64,000 bases of DNA from Verrucomicrobiota bacterium (GCA_016195385.1 JACPZS010000039.1:32507-96506), one strand, 5' to 3'. Shown: positions 8,064-17,726, numbered from the stretch's first letter. A program made the numbers and translations. The notes: generated from the sequence alone by a model not told the origin.

Positions 8064-10856
8064 GTGAGAAGCCGATTCATTTTCATCGGGAGATTTTGGC
8101 GACAGACAGTTGCGCTGGCGGTGGCTTGCTTGCGTTTCTGTACCGAGTGCCAGGCGGCGGAACTCGCGTCCACCAACGCCACGCCTGCGACCGCGGAAAA
8201 AGAATTCTGGTCGCTTGCGCCCTTGGAAAATTTCACGCCACCGCGTCCACACGACGCGCAGTCCAAGGCCTGGGCACGCACGCCGGTCGATTTGTTCATC
8301 CTCGACAAACTAGCCGCGAAAAATCTTCAGCCCAATCCGCCCGCCGACAAACGCACGCTGCTCCGTCGCATCCATTTCGATCTCATCGGCCTGCCCCCGA
8401 CGCCGGAAGAAATGCGCGAATTTCTGCGCGACTCGTCGCCACACGCGTACGAGAAAGTCGTCGATCGATTGCTGGCCAGTCCGCGTTACGGCGAACGTTG
8501 GGCGCGGCACTGGATGGATGTCGCGCATTACGCCGAGACGCACGGTCATGATCAGGATCGTCCGCGCACCAACGCCTGGCCTTACCGCGATTACTTGATT
8601 CGTTCGTTCAACGAAGACAAGCCCTACGCCCGCTTCGTCGAAGAACAAATCGCCGGTGACGTTTTGTTTCCGCGCGATCCGCAGGGCATCGTCGCCACCG
8701 GTTTCCTCGCGACCGGGCCGTGGGACGAAAGTTCGCTGCGCGACATTCGCGAAGACACCATCGACCGCCAGGTCGCGCGCTACCTCGACCGCGATGACAT
8801 CGTGACCACCGTGATGTCCACGTTCACGAGCACGACGGTGCATTGCGCGCGCTGTCACGATCACAAATTCGACCCGATCAAACAGTCTGATTACTACGCG
8901 CTGCAAGCGGTCTTCGCGGCCACGGACAAAGGCGAGCGGCAATTCGATCTCGATCCGGAAACGAATCTCATCCGGCAACGCTTGCTCAAGCAACGCCGTG
9001 CCACAGAGAATCGAACGAAGGAGATGGTGACCGAGTTTTTGTCGGCGGGCAGCCAAGCAGAGACGGCAGCGTGGGAGGCAGGCCTAAAATCGAAGCCATC
9101 CATCTGGACTGCGCTCAAACCACAGCAAATCGTTTCCGAGGGCGGCGCGACGTTGACGAAGTTGCCGGACCAGTCGGTGTTGTCCAGCGGCACGCGACCC
9201 GAAGTTGATGTTTACACCTTTGTTGCGACAACGACGCTGACGAACATCACGGCGATTCGACTCGAAGTCCTGGCGGACGAAAGTCTGCCGCACCAAGGCC
9301 CGGGTCGGCAGGACAACGGCAATCTTCACCTCTCCGAGATTTCGTTGAACGCCGCGCCGCTGGCTGACGCGACGGCGACGAATGCGAGGGTTGTTCTGAA
9401 AAATGCGTCCGCAGATTTCAGTCAAACGGAATGGGGCATCGAGAGGGCCATCGATGGAAAGACCAACACCGCGTGGGGCATTTACCCCAAGGTGGGCGAA
9501 TCCCATTTCGGCGTGTTCGAGACGAAAGAAAACCTCGGCTTCGTGCGCGGCGCGCGGCTGACCTTCGCGCTCGAACAACGCCACGGCGGCGGGCATCTCA
9601 TCGGACGCTTCCGGATTTCGATCACAACCGCCGAGCGGCCCGTGCGCGCGAATCCATTTCCAGAAAACATCACGACGATTCTCGCGTTGCCTTCGTCGCA
9701 GCGCAGCGATGAACAGCGCGTCGAATTGGCGGCGTTTGCGCGCAAAGAAAAAATTGAACAGCAACTCAAAGTTTTGCCGCCGCCGCGATTGGTTTATGCG
9801 GGCGCGAGCGAGTTCGTGCCCGATGCCAGTTTCGTTCCTGCCAAAGCGCCGCGCCCGGTTCATGTGCTCAAACGTGGTGACATCAACAAGCCGGGTGATG
9901 AAGCCACACCCGGAGCGCTGCCCTTGGTCCGTGGCTTGGATTCGCGATTCAATTTACCCGAGGCTCTGGACGAAGGTGCCCGCCGCGCCGCGCTCGCGAA
10001 GTGGATCACCGACCCGCGCAATGTTCTGACCTGGCGCTCGATTGTGAATCGCGTCTGGCAATACCACTTCGGCCGTGGCCTCGTCGATTCACCGAATGAT
10101 TTTGGCCGCATGGGCGCGCGACCCACGCACCCCGAATTGCTCGACTGGCTCGCCGTGAAATTTCAGCAAAGCGGCGGCTCCTTCAAACAACTTCACAAGC
10201 TCATCGTGACAAGCGCCGTATATCGCCAGTCCTCGCAAACGACGGAGACTTTGGTTGACCGAAAATCCAAGCCGGGGCCCGACCGTGCCGCCATCGACGC
10301 CGACAACTCATTGCTCTGGCGCATGAATCGCGCGCGGCTCGACGCCGAATCCGTGCGCGACGCCGTGCTTCAAATCACCGGCAAGCTCGATCTCACGATG
10401 GGCGGGCCATCCGTCAAACAATTCATGATGTCGCCGGGCATTCATGTGACGCCGGTCGTGGACTACAACAAGTTCGACGTGGACAGCCCGGAAAGCTGCC
10501 GCCGCAGCGTCTATCGCTTCATCTTCCGCACGCTACCCGACCCGTTCATGGACTCGCTCGACTGCGCCGACTCGTCGCAGCTAACCGCCAAGCGCAACGT
10601 TTCGATGACCTCCCTGCAGGCGCTCGCGATGTTGAACAACCACTTCATGGTGCGTCAGAGCGAACACTTTGCCGCGCATATCAGTGGTGTGGCGAAAAAT
10701 CTTCCCGGCCAGATCAAAGCTATTTACGAACTCGCGTTGCACCGACCGCCCACGGCGAATGAACTCAAAGAGCTTGCCGCGTACGCCACGAAGCACGGTC
10801 TCGCCAACGCCTGCCGGCTCATCCTCAACAGCAACGAGTTCATGTTTGTGAATTGA
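8064..10856 (+). CDS. DUF1549/DUF1553 (PSD1-type) protein with heme c motif
   Basis: YGERWARHWMDVAHYAET, CARCHDHKFDP, VNRVWQYHFGRG, HPELLDWLA, C-terminal NSNEFMFVN. Confidence 0.92.
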   Translation: MRSRFIFIGRFWRQTVALAVACLRFCTECQAAELASTNATPATAEKEFWSLAPLENFTPPRPHDAQSKAWARTPVDLFILDKLAAKNLQPNPPADKRTLLRRIHFDLIGLPPTPEEMREFLRDSSPHAYEKVVDRLLASPRYGERWARHWMDVAHYAETHGHDQDRPRTNAWPYRDYLIRSFNEDKPYARFVEEQIAGDVLFPRDPQGIVATGFLATGPWDESSLRDIREDTIDRQVARYLDRDDIVTTVMSTFTSTTVHCARCHDHKFDPIKQSDYYALQAVFAATDKGERQFDLDPETNLIRQRLLKQRRATENRTKEMVTEFLSAGSQAETAAWEAGLKSKPSIWTALKPQQIVSEGGATLTKLPDQSVLSSGTRPEVDVYTFVATTTLTNITAIRLEVLADESLPHQGPGRQDNGNLHLSEISLNAAPLADATATNARVVLKNASADFSQTEWGIERAIDGKTNTAWGIYPKVGESHFGVFETKENLGFVRGARLTFALEQRHGGGHLIGRFRISITTAERPVRANPFPENITTILALPSSQRSDEQRVELAAFARKEKIEQQLKVLPPPRLVYAGASEFVPDASFVPAKAPRPVHVLKRGDINKPGDEATPGALPLVRGLDSRFNLPEALDEGARRAALAKWITDPRNVLTWRSIVNRVWQYHFGRGLVDSPNDFGRMGARPTHPELLDWLAVKFQQSGGSFKQLHKLIVTSAVYRQSSQTTETLVDRKSKPGPDRAAIDADNSLLWRMNRARLDAESVRDAVLQITGKLDLTMGGPSVKQFMMSPGIHVTPVVDYNKFDVDSPESCRRSVYRFIFRTLPDPFMDSLDCADSSQLTAKRNVSMTSLQALAMLNNHFMVRQSEHFAAHISGVAKNLPGQIKAIYELALHRPPTANELKELAAYATKHGLANACRLILNSNEFMFVN

Positions 10857-10878
10857 ACCCCCTCAGGGAGGTAGAAAA

Positions 10879-11172
10879 ATGCTTCAAGGTAAAAACAAGG
10901 GTGTATTTTTAATTGGAGTCTTCGGCCCCGCATCTCTCTTGCCAGCTTGGAACGTTGTTCTGTTGCTTTCGACTGGCCGCAGAGAAGGAAGACAATTCGC
11001 CGCCATGAATCTACTGCTTTTGCTGATTATAGCTTTCCCCTTCGTTTTGCTGCTCAACCGCTGGGTTTATTTGAGATCGTGGGAGCGAAAGAGCCGCCTT
11101 TTTGCCGCTGGCCTGCTCGCGCCTGCGTTGGTAGCTTTGGTTGAATTTTTATACGTTTTTTCGTATCGGTAA
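10879..11172 (+). CDS. Small hypothetical membrane protein (about 3 TM)
   Basis: GGAGG RBS upstream, fills the gap between two normally adjacent operon genes, AT-richer than neighbours. Confidence 0.6.
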   Translation: MLQGKNKGVFLIGVFGPASLLPAWNVVLLLSTGRREGRQFAAMNLLLLLIIAFPFVLLLNRWVYLRSWERKSRLFAAGLLAPALVALVEFLYVFSYR

Positions 11173-11175
11173 TTT

Positions 11176-12654
11176 ATGGCCAACATGCGCTCTCGCTTCA
11201 TCCCCAATCCGACCCCGTGTGGGCGCACGCGCCGCGAGTTTCTGTGGGAGGTCGGCGCCGGGTTTGCCGGACTCGGCTTGATTGATTTGCTTTCACGCGA
11301 TGGGTTTTTTTCCGCCAGCGCCGCCGAAGTTTCCAAGAAGAATTCAGCTTCGCCGCTCGCGCCCAAGCCGGCGCATTTTCCGACGCGCGCCAAGCATTGC
11401 ATTTTTCTCTTCATGAATGGCGCGCCGAGCCAGGTCGATACGTTCGACCCCAAGCCGGCGCTGACGAAGTTTCACGGCTCGCCGTACACCGGAAAACTGA
11501 AAGTGGGTTCCAATGGAAGGCCGATTGGCTACTTGATGCAATCACCGTTCGAATTCAAAAAGCATGGGCAAGGTGGCCTGGACATCAGCAGCCTTTTTCC
11601 GCACACGGCCAGACACGCCGACCGCCTCTGCGTGTTGCGCTCGCTCTATACGGACACGGCGGCGCACGCTTCGGGCTGTTTGCAGATGAACACGGGCAAC
11701 GTGCAAATAGGCAAGCCGAGTCTCGGCGCGTGGTTGAGTTACGGGCTGGGCACACTCAACGACAATCTGCCCAGCTTCGTGGTGATGACCGATCCGCGCG
11801 GCGGGCCGATTGGCAGCGCGTCAAACTGGACGGCTGGTTTCATGCCCGCGCCGTTTCAAGGCACGCTGTTTCGCAGCAAAGGTTCGCCGCTGCTTGATCT
11901 CGCCACGCCCGCCGGCGTCGGCCCGCGCACGCAGCGCCGCTCGCTAGATGTGCTGGAGCAGTTGAATCGCGAACATCTCAAATCGCACCCGAACGACTCG
12001 GAGTTGCTCGCGCGCATCATGTCGTACGAACTCGCCTACCAGATGCAGACCAGCGCGGCGCAAGTCGTCGATGTGAACGATGAGTCGCCGCAGACGCGCT
12101 CGCTCTACGGACTCGACGACAAGTTGACGGCCGACTTCGGCGCGAAGTGTCTGATCGCCCGGCGGCTCATCGAAAAAGGCGTTCGCTTTGTGCAGCTTTA
12201 TTCCGGCGGCGGCCACATCGAAGACACGTGGGACGGCCACAATGATTGCATCAACAATCACAAACTCCACGCGGGCGAAACCGACAAACCCATCGCCGCG
12301 CTACTCACCGATCTCAAACGCACGGGCCTGCTTGATGAAACGCTCGTGGTCTGGGGTGGCGAATTTGGCCGCACGCCCACGAGTGAAGGCGTGGGCAAAC
12401 CGGGACGCGATCACAACTGGCTCGGCTTTTCAATGTGGCTGGCGGGCGCGGGCGTGCGCGGCGGCCAATGGATCGGCGCGACGGATGAGCTGGGTTTTGA
12501 AGCGGTCGAGGAACGCGCGCATGTTTCCGATCTGCACGCGACGATTTTGCACTTGATGGGACTGGAGCACGAACGGCTGACTTATTTTTATCAAGGATTC
12601 GATCAACGCCTGACCGGCACGCGCGGCGAAGTGATCAAAAAAGTGCTGGCTTGA
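11176..12654 (+). CDS. DUF1501 family protein (Tat-like signal)
   Basis: TRREFL, GAPSQVDTFDPKP, GVRFVQLY, GGEFGRTP, GRDHN, DLHATILHLMG. Confidence 0.93.
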   Translation: MANMRSRFIPNPTPCGRTRREFLWEVGAGFAGLGLIDLLSRDGFFSASAAEVSKKNSASPLAPKPAHFPTRAKHCIFLFMNGAPSQVDTFDPKPALTKFHGSPYTGKLKVGSNGRPIGYLMQSPFEFKKHGQGGLDISSLFPHTARHADRLCVLRSLYTDTAAHASGCLQMNTGNVQIGKPSLGAWLSYGLGTLNDNLPSFVVMTDPRGGPIGSASNWTAGFMPAPFQGTLFRSKGSPLLDLATPAGVGPRTQRRSLDVLEQLNREHLKSHPNDSELLARIMSYELAYQMQTSAAQVVDVNDESPQTRSLYGLDDKLTADFGAKCLIARRLIEKGVRFVQLYSGGGHIEDTWDGHNDCINNHKLHAGETDKPIAALLTDLKRTGLLDETLVVWGGEFGRTPTSEGVGKPGRDHNWLGFSMWLAGAGVRGGQWIGATDELGFEAVEERAHVSDLHATILHLMGLEHERLTYFYQGFDQRLTGTRGEVIKKVLA

Positions 12655-12757
12655 GCAGGGGCGCGCGGCGCGAAGCTCACGCTGCCGGGCGGGCTTGCAG
12701 GGAACGAGCCATTCAGCGTAGCGTTCGCGTCACAGCATGACTCGATAATTTACTACT

Positions 12758-13651
12758 ATGAAACGCACCTCTCGAATTTTCATTTTGCTCGCGTCGTTCG
12801 CTCTTGTGGTTGGCGTGACCGCTGCGGAACATTCCGGCTTCACGCGCACGGAAGACGTCATCTACGGCCGCAAGTTCGGCACGGCGCTCACGCTCGATGT
12901 GTTTCAGCCGGAGAAAACCAACGGCCACGGAATTTTCTTCATGGTGAGCGGCGGATTTTTTTCGAGCCACGAAGGAATCAACGCGAACTTTTACAAACCT
13001 TTTCTCGATCGCGGCTACACCGTGTTCGCCGTCGTGCATGGCTCGCAGCCCAAGTTCACCATTCCGGAAATCACGCAAGACATCCATCGCGCCGTGCGCT
13101 TCGTGCGACACAACGCGGCAAAGTACGGCGTTGATCCGAATCACTTCGGCATCACCGGCGCAAGCGCGGGCGGCCATCTCTCCCTCACGATGGGCACGCA
13201 GGGCGTGAAGGGAGATGCGGCAGCGAAGGATGCCATCGACCGCGAAAGCAGCGCGATGCAGGCGGTCGCGTGCTTTTTTCCGCCGACTGATTTTTTGAAC
13301 TACGGCCAGCCCGGTGAAGACGCGGTCGGAGTGGGAATTCTCAAAGACTTCAAACCCGCATTTGGCCCGCGTTCGGACACGGCGGAGGAGCGGCAAAAAT
13401 ACGGAAAGGAAATCTCGCCCTTCTATTTCATCACCTCGAACACGCCGCCAACGCTCATCATGCACGGCGATGCGGACAAACTGGTGCCGATTCAACAAGC
13501 GGAAGTTTTTGTAAAGCGCGCCAAGGAATCAGGCGTGACCGCGCGTCTGGCTGTGAAGGAAGGCAAGCAACATGGCTGGGCGAATATCGGCGAGGATTTG
13601 ACGCTGTTCGCCGATTGGTTCGACGAGCATTTGCGCGGATTGAAGCACTGA
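12758..13651 (+). CDS. Secreted alpha/beta hydrolase (esterase, BD-FAE-like)
   Basis: Signal peptide, GASAGG nucleophile elbow, HGDADKLVP, terminal HGW. Confidence 0.88.
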   Translation: MKRTSRIFILLASFALVVGVTAAEHSGFTRTEDVIYGRKFGTALTLDVFQPEKTNGHGIFFMVSGGFFSSHEGINANFYKPFLDRGYTVFAVVHGSQPKFTIPEITQDIHRAVRFVRHNAAKYGVDPNHFGITGASAGGHLSLTMGTQGVKGDAAAKDAIDRESSAMQAVACFFPPTDFLNYGQPGEDAVGVGILKDFKPAFGPRSDTAEERQKYGKEISPFYFITSNTPPTLIMHGDADKLVPIQQAEVFVKRAKESGVTARLAVKEGKQHGWANIGEDLTLFADWFDEHLRGLKH

Positions 13652-13712
13652 GGCTGATTTAGGATTTGCCGTAACGCCATCGACCACGGAGAGGAAACCA
13701 TCCGGTGCAACC

Positions 13713-14396
13713 TTAAATCCTCATGGCCTGCTCCAACTCCGCCACGCGCTTTTTCACCAGCGGCCCCAGCCGGTGTTTCGCGAGATAAACTCGCGCCGTG
13801 CTCACACCTATCGTCCGCGCCACTTCACGCGGTGAAAGCCCGCGCAGCACGTGCAGTTCGAACATCTGACAGTCCTTCAAATTCGCCTCCGCCTTCACAC
13901 GAGTCAGTGCCGCCGCTAGGACCGTGCATTGCCAATCTTCATTCCACGCCGTTTCAAGTTTTTCAACGGTCGAATCGGCGACGCGTTCCACCGTCGCTGT
14001 CCGTGAAGTTCCATCGTTCGCTGGCGCGGCCCCATCGCCCGCCTTGGCCGGTGAACTGTGGATGAGTTTGCCTTCCCACGACTGCCGTTTGCGAAGCTGG
14101 TCCTGAACGCGCCACATCGTCTGATTCAGCAGCCACGTCTTGAAGGCGCACTTCGCCGGATCGTAACGAAACTCCGGCAGCTTGCGCGCCACGCCGATCA
14201 CGGTTTCCTGCACGACTTCCTCCGCCTCGGTCTCCGTGCAACCGGCTTTGAGCGCGAAGCGGAAAATCAATTCGCGATACCGCGCAAAAAACTCGCGCCA
14301 ACTCGCTTGATCTTCGCAATCCTTCAACCGCTCGAGCAAACTCGCGCGCGTCGCCAGCGAATCATCCTGCCGCTCCGAAATCACGTCGGCCATCAT
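13713..14396 (-). CDS. ECF sigma-70 factor (PVC type, usually kinase-linked)
   Basis: TRASLLERLKD..DQASWREFFARY, EAEEVVQET, FKTWL, region 4 VARTIGVSTARVYLAKHR. Confidence 0.9.
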   Translation of the reverse strand: MMADVISERQDDSLATRASLLERLKDCEDQASWREFFARYRELIFRFALKAGCTETEAEEVVQETVIGVARKLPEFRYDPAKCAFKTWLLNQTMWRVQDQLRKRQSWEGKLIHSSPAKAGDGAAPANDGTSRTATVERVADSTVEKLETAWNEDWQCTVLAAALTRVKAEANLKDCQMFELHVLRGLSPREVARTIGVSTARVYLAKHRLGPLVKKRVAELEQAMRI

Positions 14397-14497
14397 ACCC
14401 GTTCAACGCGCTGGATGCAGGAAATCTTTCAAACGCAGCAGAAAACCGCCTTTGACTCCAGCCCCCCAATTTCGTTGGCCGTGGACCCTGGTGGTGA

Positions 14498-14529
14498 TTG
14501 ACAGAGCTTCGCGGTAAGCCAATCTTACC
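14498..14529 (+). promoter_or_regulatory. Sigma70 promoter with palindromic operator for the vapBC operon
   Basis: TTGACA at 14498-14503; inverted repeat GGTAAG-N5-CTTACC at 14513-14529 overlaps the expected -10; ATG follows at 14532 (probably leaderless). Confidence 0.65.
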
Positions 14530-14531
14530 AC

Positions 14532-14792
14532 ATGACAGCGAGCATTTCGACAAAAGGCCAGATTGTTCTCCCGAAGCAATTGCGTGAGTTGGACAAGATT
14601 CAACCGGCGGATGATTTCCATGTTACCCGTTTAGGCCCCGGAAAGTATCTCTATCAGCGGATTCAAAAGCCGCGCCAGCAAAACGCGACACTAACCATTG
14701 GCAAAGACGGGCTGCCCATCTTTCGAGTTCCGAAGGGCGCTCCGAGGTTAACGACCGAAGAAGTCAAACGATTGGAAGCTGAGTTGCCGTGA
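14532..14792 (+). CDS. vapB: AbrB/MazE-type antitoxin
   Basis: N-terminal ISTKGQIVLPKQLRE motif; GTGA overlap with the PIN gene. Confidence 0.85.
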   Translation: MTASISTKGQIVLPKQLRELDKIQPADDFHVTRLGPGKYLYQRIQKPRQQNATLTIGKDGLPIFRVPKGAPRLTTEEVKRLEAELP

Positions 14793-15190
14793 CTCGCCTG
14801 CTCGACACCAATGTGCTCATTGCCCTGACGTGGCCGAACCACACCGAGCACCGCAAAACCAGACAATGGTTTCGAGGAGTGGACAGTTTTGCGACCTGCC
14901 CGATCACTCAACTTGGCTTCTGCCGTATCTCCACGCACTTGAAGTACGCGGCCAGCCCGGATGATGCGTTGGCCGCCATTCGTGCGTGGATTGGGCATGT
15001 TAACCACGAATTCTGGCCGGACGATGTTAGGATGGATGACGCCCGGCTACCCAAGATTCGCGGCCACCAACAGTTCACGGACGCTTATCTCTTCGCCCTA
15101 GCCCGCAAACACTGCGGAAAGTTGGCCAGCTTGGATCTCGGCTTTCGCAGCCTGGCCACTGCCGCACCCGCTCATTTGGAACTCATTTAG
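14789..15190 (+). CDS. vapC: PIN-domain toxin
   Basis: LLDTNVLIAL, TCPITQLGFCR, HQQFTDAYL, LASLD. Confidence 0.9.
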   Translation: MTRLLDTNVLIALTWPNHTEHRKTRQWFRGVDSFATCPITQLGFCRISTHLKYAASPDDALAAIRAWIGHVNHEFWPDDVRMDDARLPKIRGHQQFTDAYLFALARKHCGKLASLDLGFRSLATAAPAHLELI

Positions 15191-15370
15191 CGGCGCAACC
15201 ACGCCGCTTCCGCCCACGCCGCCCATTTTCATGTGTCGCAGCGGATACTTGGCGGGTTTCTCGGATTGGTAGTTCCACAAACGTTGGAGTCGCCGGCGGT
15301 GTTTTCAGAGAACTCCTCTGAAGTGATAGATTTTCCGAAACCCGTCCGTTTAACGGTTATGAAACGCATC

Positions 15371-15832
15371 GGAACATTCGCAACTTCTGGCCACCGCTCA
15401 ACGAAGAGGGGAATCACCATTTCATTGACTGCAAGAACGATTTCAGTCGCCGGGCAACTTTTCGCCGCGGCGGAATCAATTCTGCGACCTGTCGGGCGAA
15501 ATTATTCGGCGGTTGCACAAACTTCTTCGACCAGCGCGCAAACCCTCGCTGCGACTACAACGCCCCTTGCAACGTCTGCGAGAACTTTTGCAGCCATTGA
15601 ACAATCTCTTGCGACGGTTGCCAGAACTCTATCAGCGTCCGCAATAACTCTGGCGACCGTCAAAACAATTCTAGCAAAGCCCGCGAGAACTATTTCGGCG
15701 GTCCAAACAACTCTTGCAGCGGCTGCGAGAACTATTTTGACCGCCGCTACAACTGTTTTAGCCCCTAAAACAACCCTCGCAACGGCTCAATAAACTGTTT
15801 TAACCGCTGAAATAACCCTCTCAACCATTGAA
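15371..15832. repeat. Degenerate 21-bp tandem array, about 22 units in strict register
   Basis: Units such as AGAACTTTTGCAGCCATTGAA (15581), AGAACTATTTCGGCGGTCCAA (15686), ACAACTCTTGCAGCGGCTGCG (15707), TAAACTGTTTTAACCGCTGAA (15791); no indels seen. Confidence 0.85.
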
Positions 15833-15876
15833 AATGGCCTAAAAACTCAAAAAACAGCAAAAAAGCCCGAAAAGCA

Positions 15877-15930
15877 CCCAGACTTAGCACCCCAGATCCC
15901 AGACCCAAAACCCGAAACCCGAAACCCTAA
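15877..15930 (+). repeat. Heptamer tandem repeat (CCCAGAC/CCGAAAC type), 7-8 units
   Basis: CCCAGAC TTAGCAC CCCAGAT CCCAGAC CCAAAAC CCGAAAC CCGAAAC ending just before ATG 15938. Confidence 0.75.
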
Positions 15931-15937
15931 CAAGTTT

Positions 15938-16618
15938 ATGCCCAAAGCCTACTTCATCCCGCCCGACGATGCCGGCAAATGCACCTGGCTCAGTAACTTC
16001 GCCGCCAAACTGCCCACTCACGCCCCGCTCGTCGGCGTCACTCCGGCGGAAGTCGCTGCCGTCCAGTCCGACAACCTCATGTTCGCCTACGCCTGCGACG
16101 CCACCAACCAGTTCAAGCAATGCGCCCAGGAATGGGTCGCCTTCAAAAACGCGCTGCGCAACGGTTCCGCCGTGGGCAGCCTGCCCGTCGCGCCCGCGCT
16201 CGCTGGCCCGCCGGCTCTCGTGCCGGCGGATATTTTCGGGCGCAACTCCGCGCTCGGCTCGCGCCTCAAGAAACACGCGGCCTACACCGACGCGATGGGC
16301 CAGGACCTGGGCTTGATTGGCGCGGAGCAAACCACCGATCTCGTCAACCTCAAGCCGGGCTTGAAAGTGCAGATGCAGGCGGGGCGGCCAAACATTCTGT
16401 GGACGAAGCAGGGGATGGACGGCTTGGAGATTTGGGTGGATCGCGGCACAGGCACGTTTGCATTCCTCGCGATTGACACCGTGCCAGATTATCTGGACAC
16501 GGCCGCGTTGCCCGCCGCTGGCGCGAGTGCGGTGTGGAAATACAAGGCGATCTATCGTCTGCACGACGAACAGGTTGGCCAGTGGAGTGACATCCTCAGC
16601 GTCAGTGTGATGGGATGA
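15938..16618 (+). CDS. Hypothetical protein, helical N-terminus with FN3/Ig-like beta C-terminus
   Basis: 226 aa, strong GC3 codon bias, no signal peptide; C-terminus WKYKAIYRLHDEQVGQWSD resembles terminal FN3 strands. Confidence 0.8.
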   Translation: MPKAYFIPPDDAGKCTWLSNFAAKLPTHAPLVGVTPAEVAAVQSDNLMFAYACDATNQFKQCAQEWVAFKNALRNGSAVGSLPVAPALAGPPALVPADIFGRNSALGSRLKKHAAYTDAMGQDLGLIGAEQTTDLVNLKPGLKVQMQAGRPNILWTKQGMDGLEIWVDRGTGTFAFLAIDTVPDYLDTAALPAAGASAVWKYKAIYRLHDEQVGQWSDILSVSVMG

Positions 16619-16643
16619 ACAACCGAACCGGCAAACCGACGGG

Positions 16644-16667
16644 AGGGCCGCTGTCCCCAGCGGCCCT
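16644..16667 (+). terminator. GC-rich hairpin (REP-like or terminator)
   Basis: Perfect 10-bp stem AGGGCCGCTG-TCCC-CAGCGGCCCT, 25 nt after the stop; no U-tract. Confidence 0.5.
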
Positions 16668-16754
16668 GATCAAACGAAAGGCGAGCCTGTGCGGCAATTG
16701 CGGACGCACCGGAGGGAAAGATCAGAGCAACCGAGTTCGACGGCTTTCTCTTCG

Positions 16755-16815
16755 GGACACGAATTTCACCGATGACTGAGGATTCAATCCGTGAGAATCC
16801 GTGCAATTCGTGTCC
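16755..16815. repeat. Miniature inverted-repeat element
   Basis: GGACACGAATTTCAC ... GTGCAATTCGTGTCC, arms match 14/15; internal ATCCGTG repeats. Confidence 0.7.
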
Positions 16816-16848
16816 AGTTAATTTTGCGCCGTAGCACAAGAACGATTT

Positions 16849-17652
16849 ATGAACTCAACTCGAACCCAAGACGGACAAAGGAACGGCTTCACGCTCATCG
16901 AACTGCTCGTCGTCATCGCCATCATCGCGATTTTGGCGTCAATGCTTCTCCCGGCGCTCGCGAAGGCCAAATCGAAAGCGCAATCTATAAAGTGCTTGGG
17001 CAATTTGCGACAGCTAGGCTTGGCATGGCACCTGTACACGCTCGATCACGACGACGCAATGCCTCCCAATTTTGAAGGCCCGGATAGCGGAGGACTGAGT
17101 CGAGGCCTGCCGGGTTCGTGGGTTCTTGGTAATGCACAATCAGACACGACGACCAGCAATGTTCAGGGCGGCGTTCTCTACATTTATGTCAATAGCAGTG
17201 CTGTGTATCGATGCCCGGCAGACCGGTCCAGCGTCAGGGCTGTTCCAAGCCTCGTCCGTACACGCAGCTACTCGCTCAATGGCTGGTTGAACGATGACGA
17301 AACTCGTTTGGGATACCCGCCCGAATTGTTCAAGCCCTACCTCAAGACAAAGTCCGCGCAACTGCTCAAGCCTGTGCAAGTCTTCACGTTCATTGATGAA
17401 CATGAGCAAAGTATCGACGATGGTTCCTTTATCACGGTTTTCCCAGCAGTCGCAGCACCGGGCAACCAAGGCGATTGGATCAGCTTGCCTTCAGACCGGC
17501 ACGACCAAGGATGCAGCGTTGGATTCGCAGATGGTCATGCCGAGCACAAGCGATGGAAAGCTCCCAAACGGTTCGAAATCCCAAGGCGCCCTCCCGTCGG
17601 GGAAGATTTGAAGGATCTTCGTCAAATGCTTGAGTGGATCCAGCAGGAATAA
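16849..17652 (+). CDS. Prepilin-type N-terminal cleavage/methylation protein with H-X9-DG domain
   Basis: [25 protein letters not shown]; [14 protein letters not shown]. Confidence 0.93.
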   Translation: MNSTRTQDGQRNGFTLIELLVVIAIIAILASMLLPALAKAKSKAQSIKCLGNLRQLGLAWHLYTLDHDDAMPPNFEGPDSGGLSRGLPGSWVLGNAQSDTTTSNVQGGVLYIYVNSSAVYRCPADRSSVRAVPSLVRTRSYSLNGWLNDDETRLGYPPELFKPYLKTKSAQLLKPVQVFTFIDEHEQSIDDGSFITVFPAVAAPGNQGDWISLPSDRHDQGCSVGFADGHAEHKRWKAPKRFEIPRRPPVGEDLKDLRQMLEWIQQE

Positions 17653-17726
17653 GGGCTTACTGTCGCTTGCTCCTCGCTGCCCGCGTCGTCTCGAATACCT
17701 TTGTCATCGATCTCACAGTCAGCGAT

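Noticed and set aside
15233-15793. 186-aa ORF as a confident gene
   Set aside because: No RBS, atypical codon usage, and the periodicity runs past its stop. Kept only as one hypothesis in the findings.
15371-15832. Array interpreted as CRISPR
   Set aside because: No invariant repeat separated by unique spacers, the unit is too short, and there are no cas genes.
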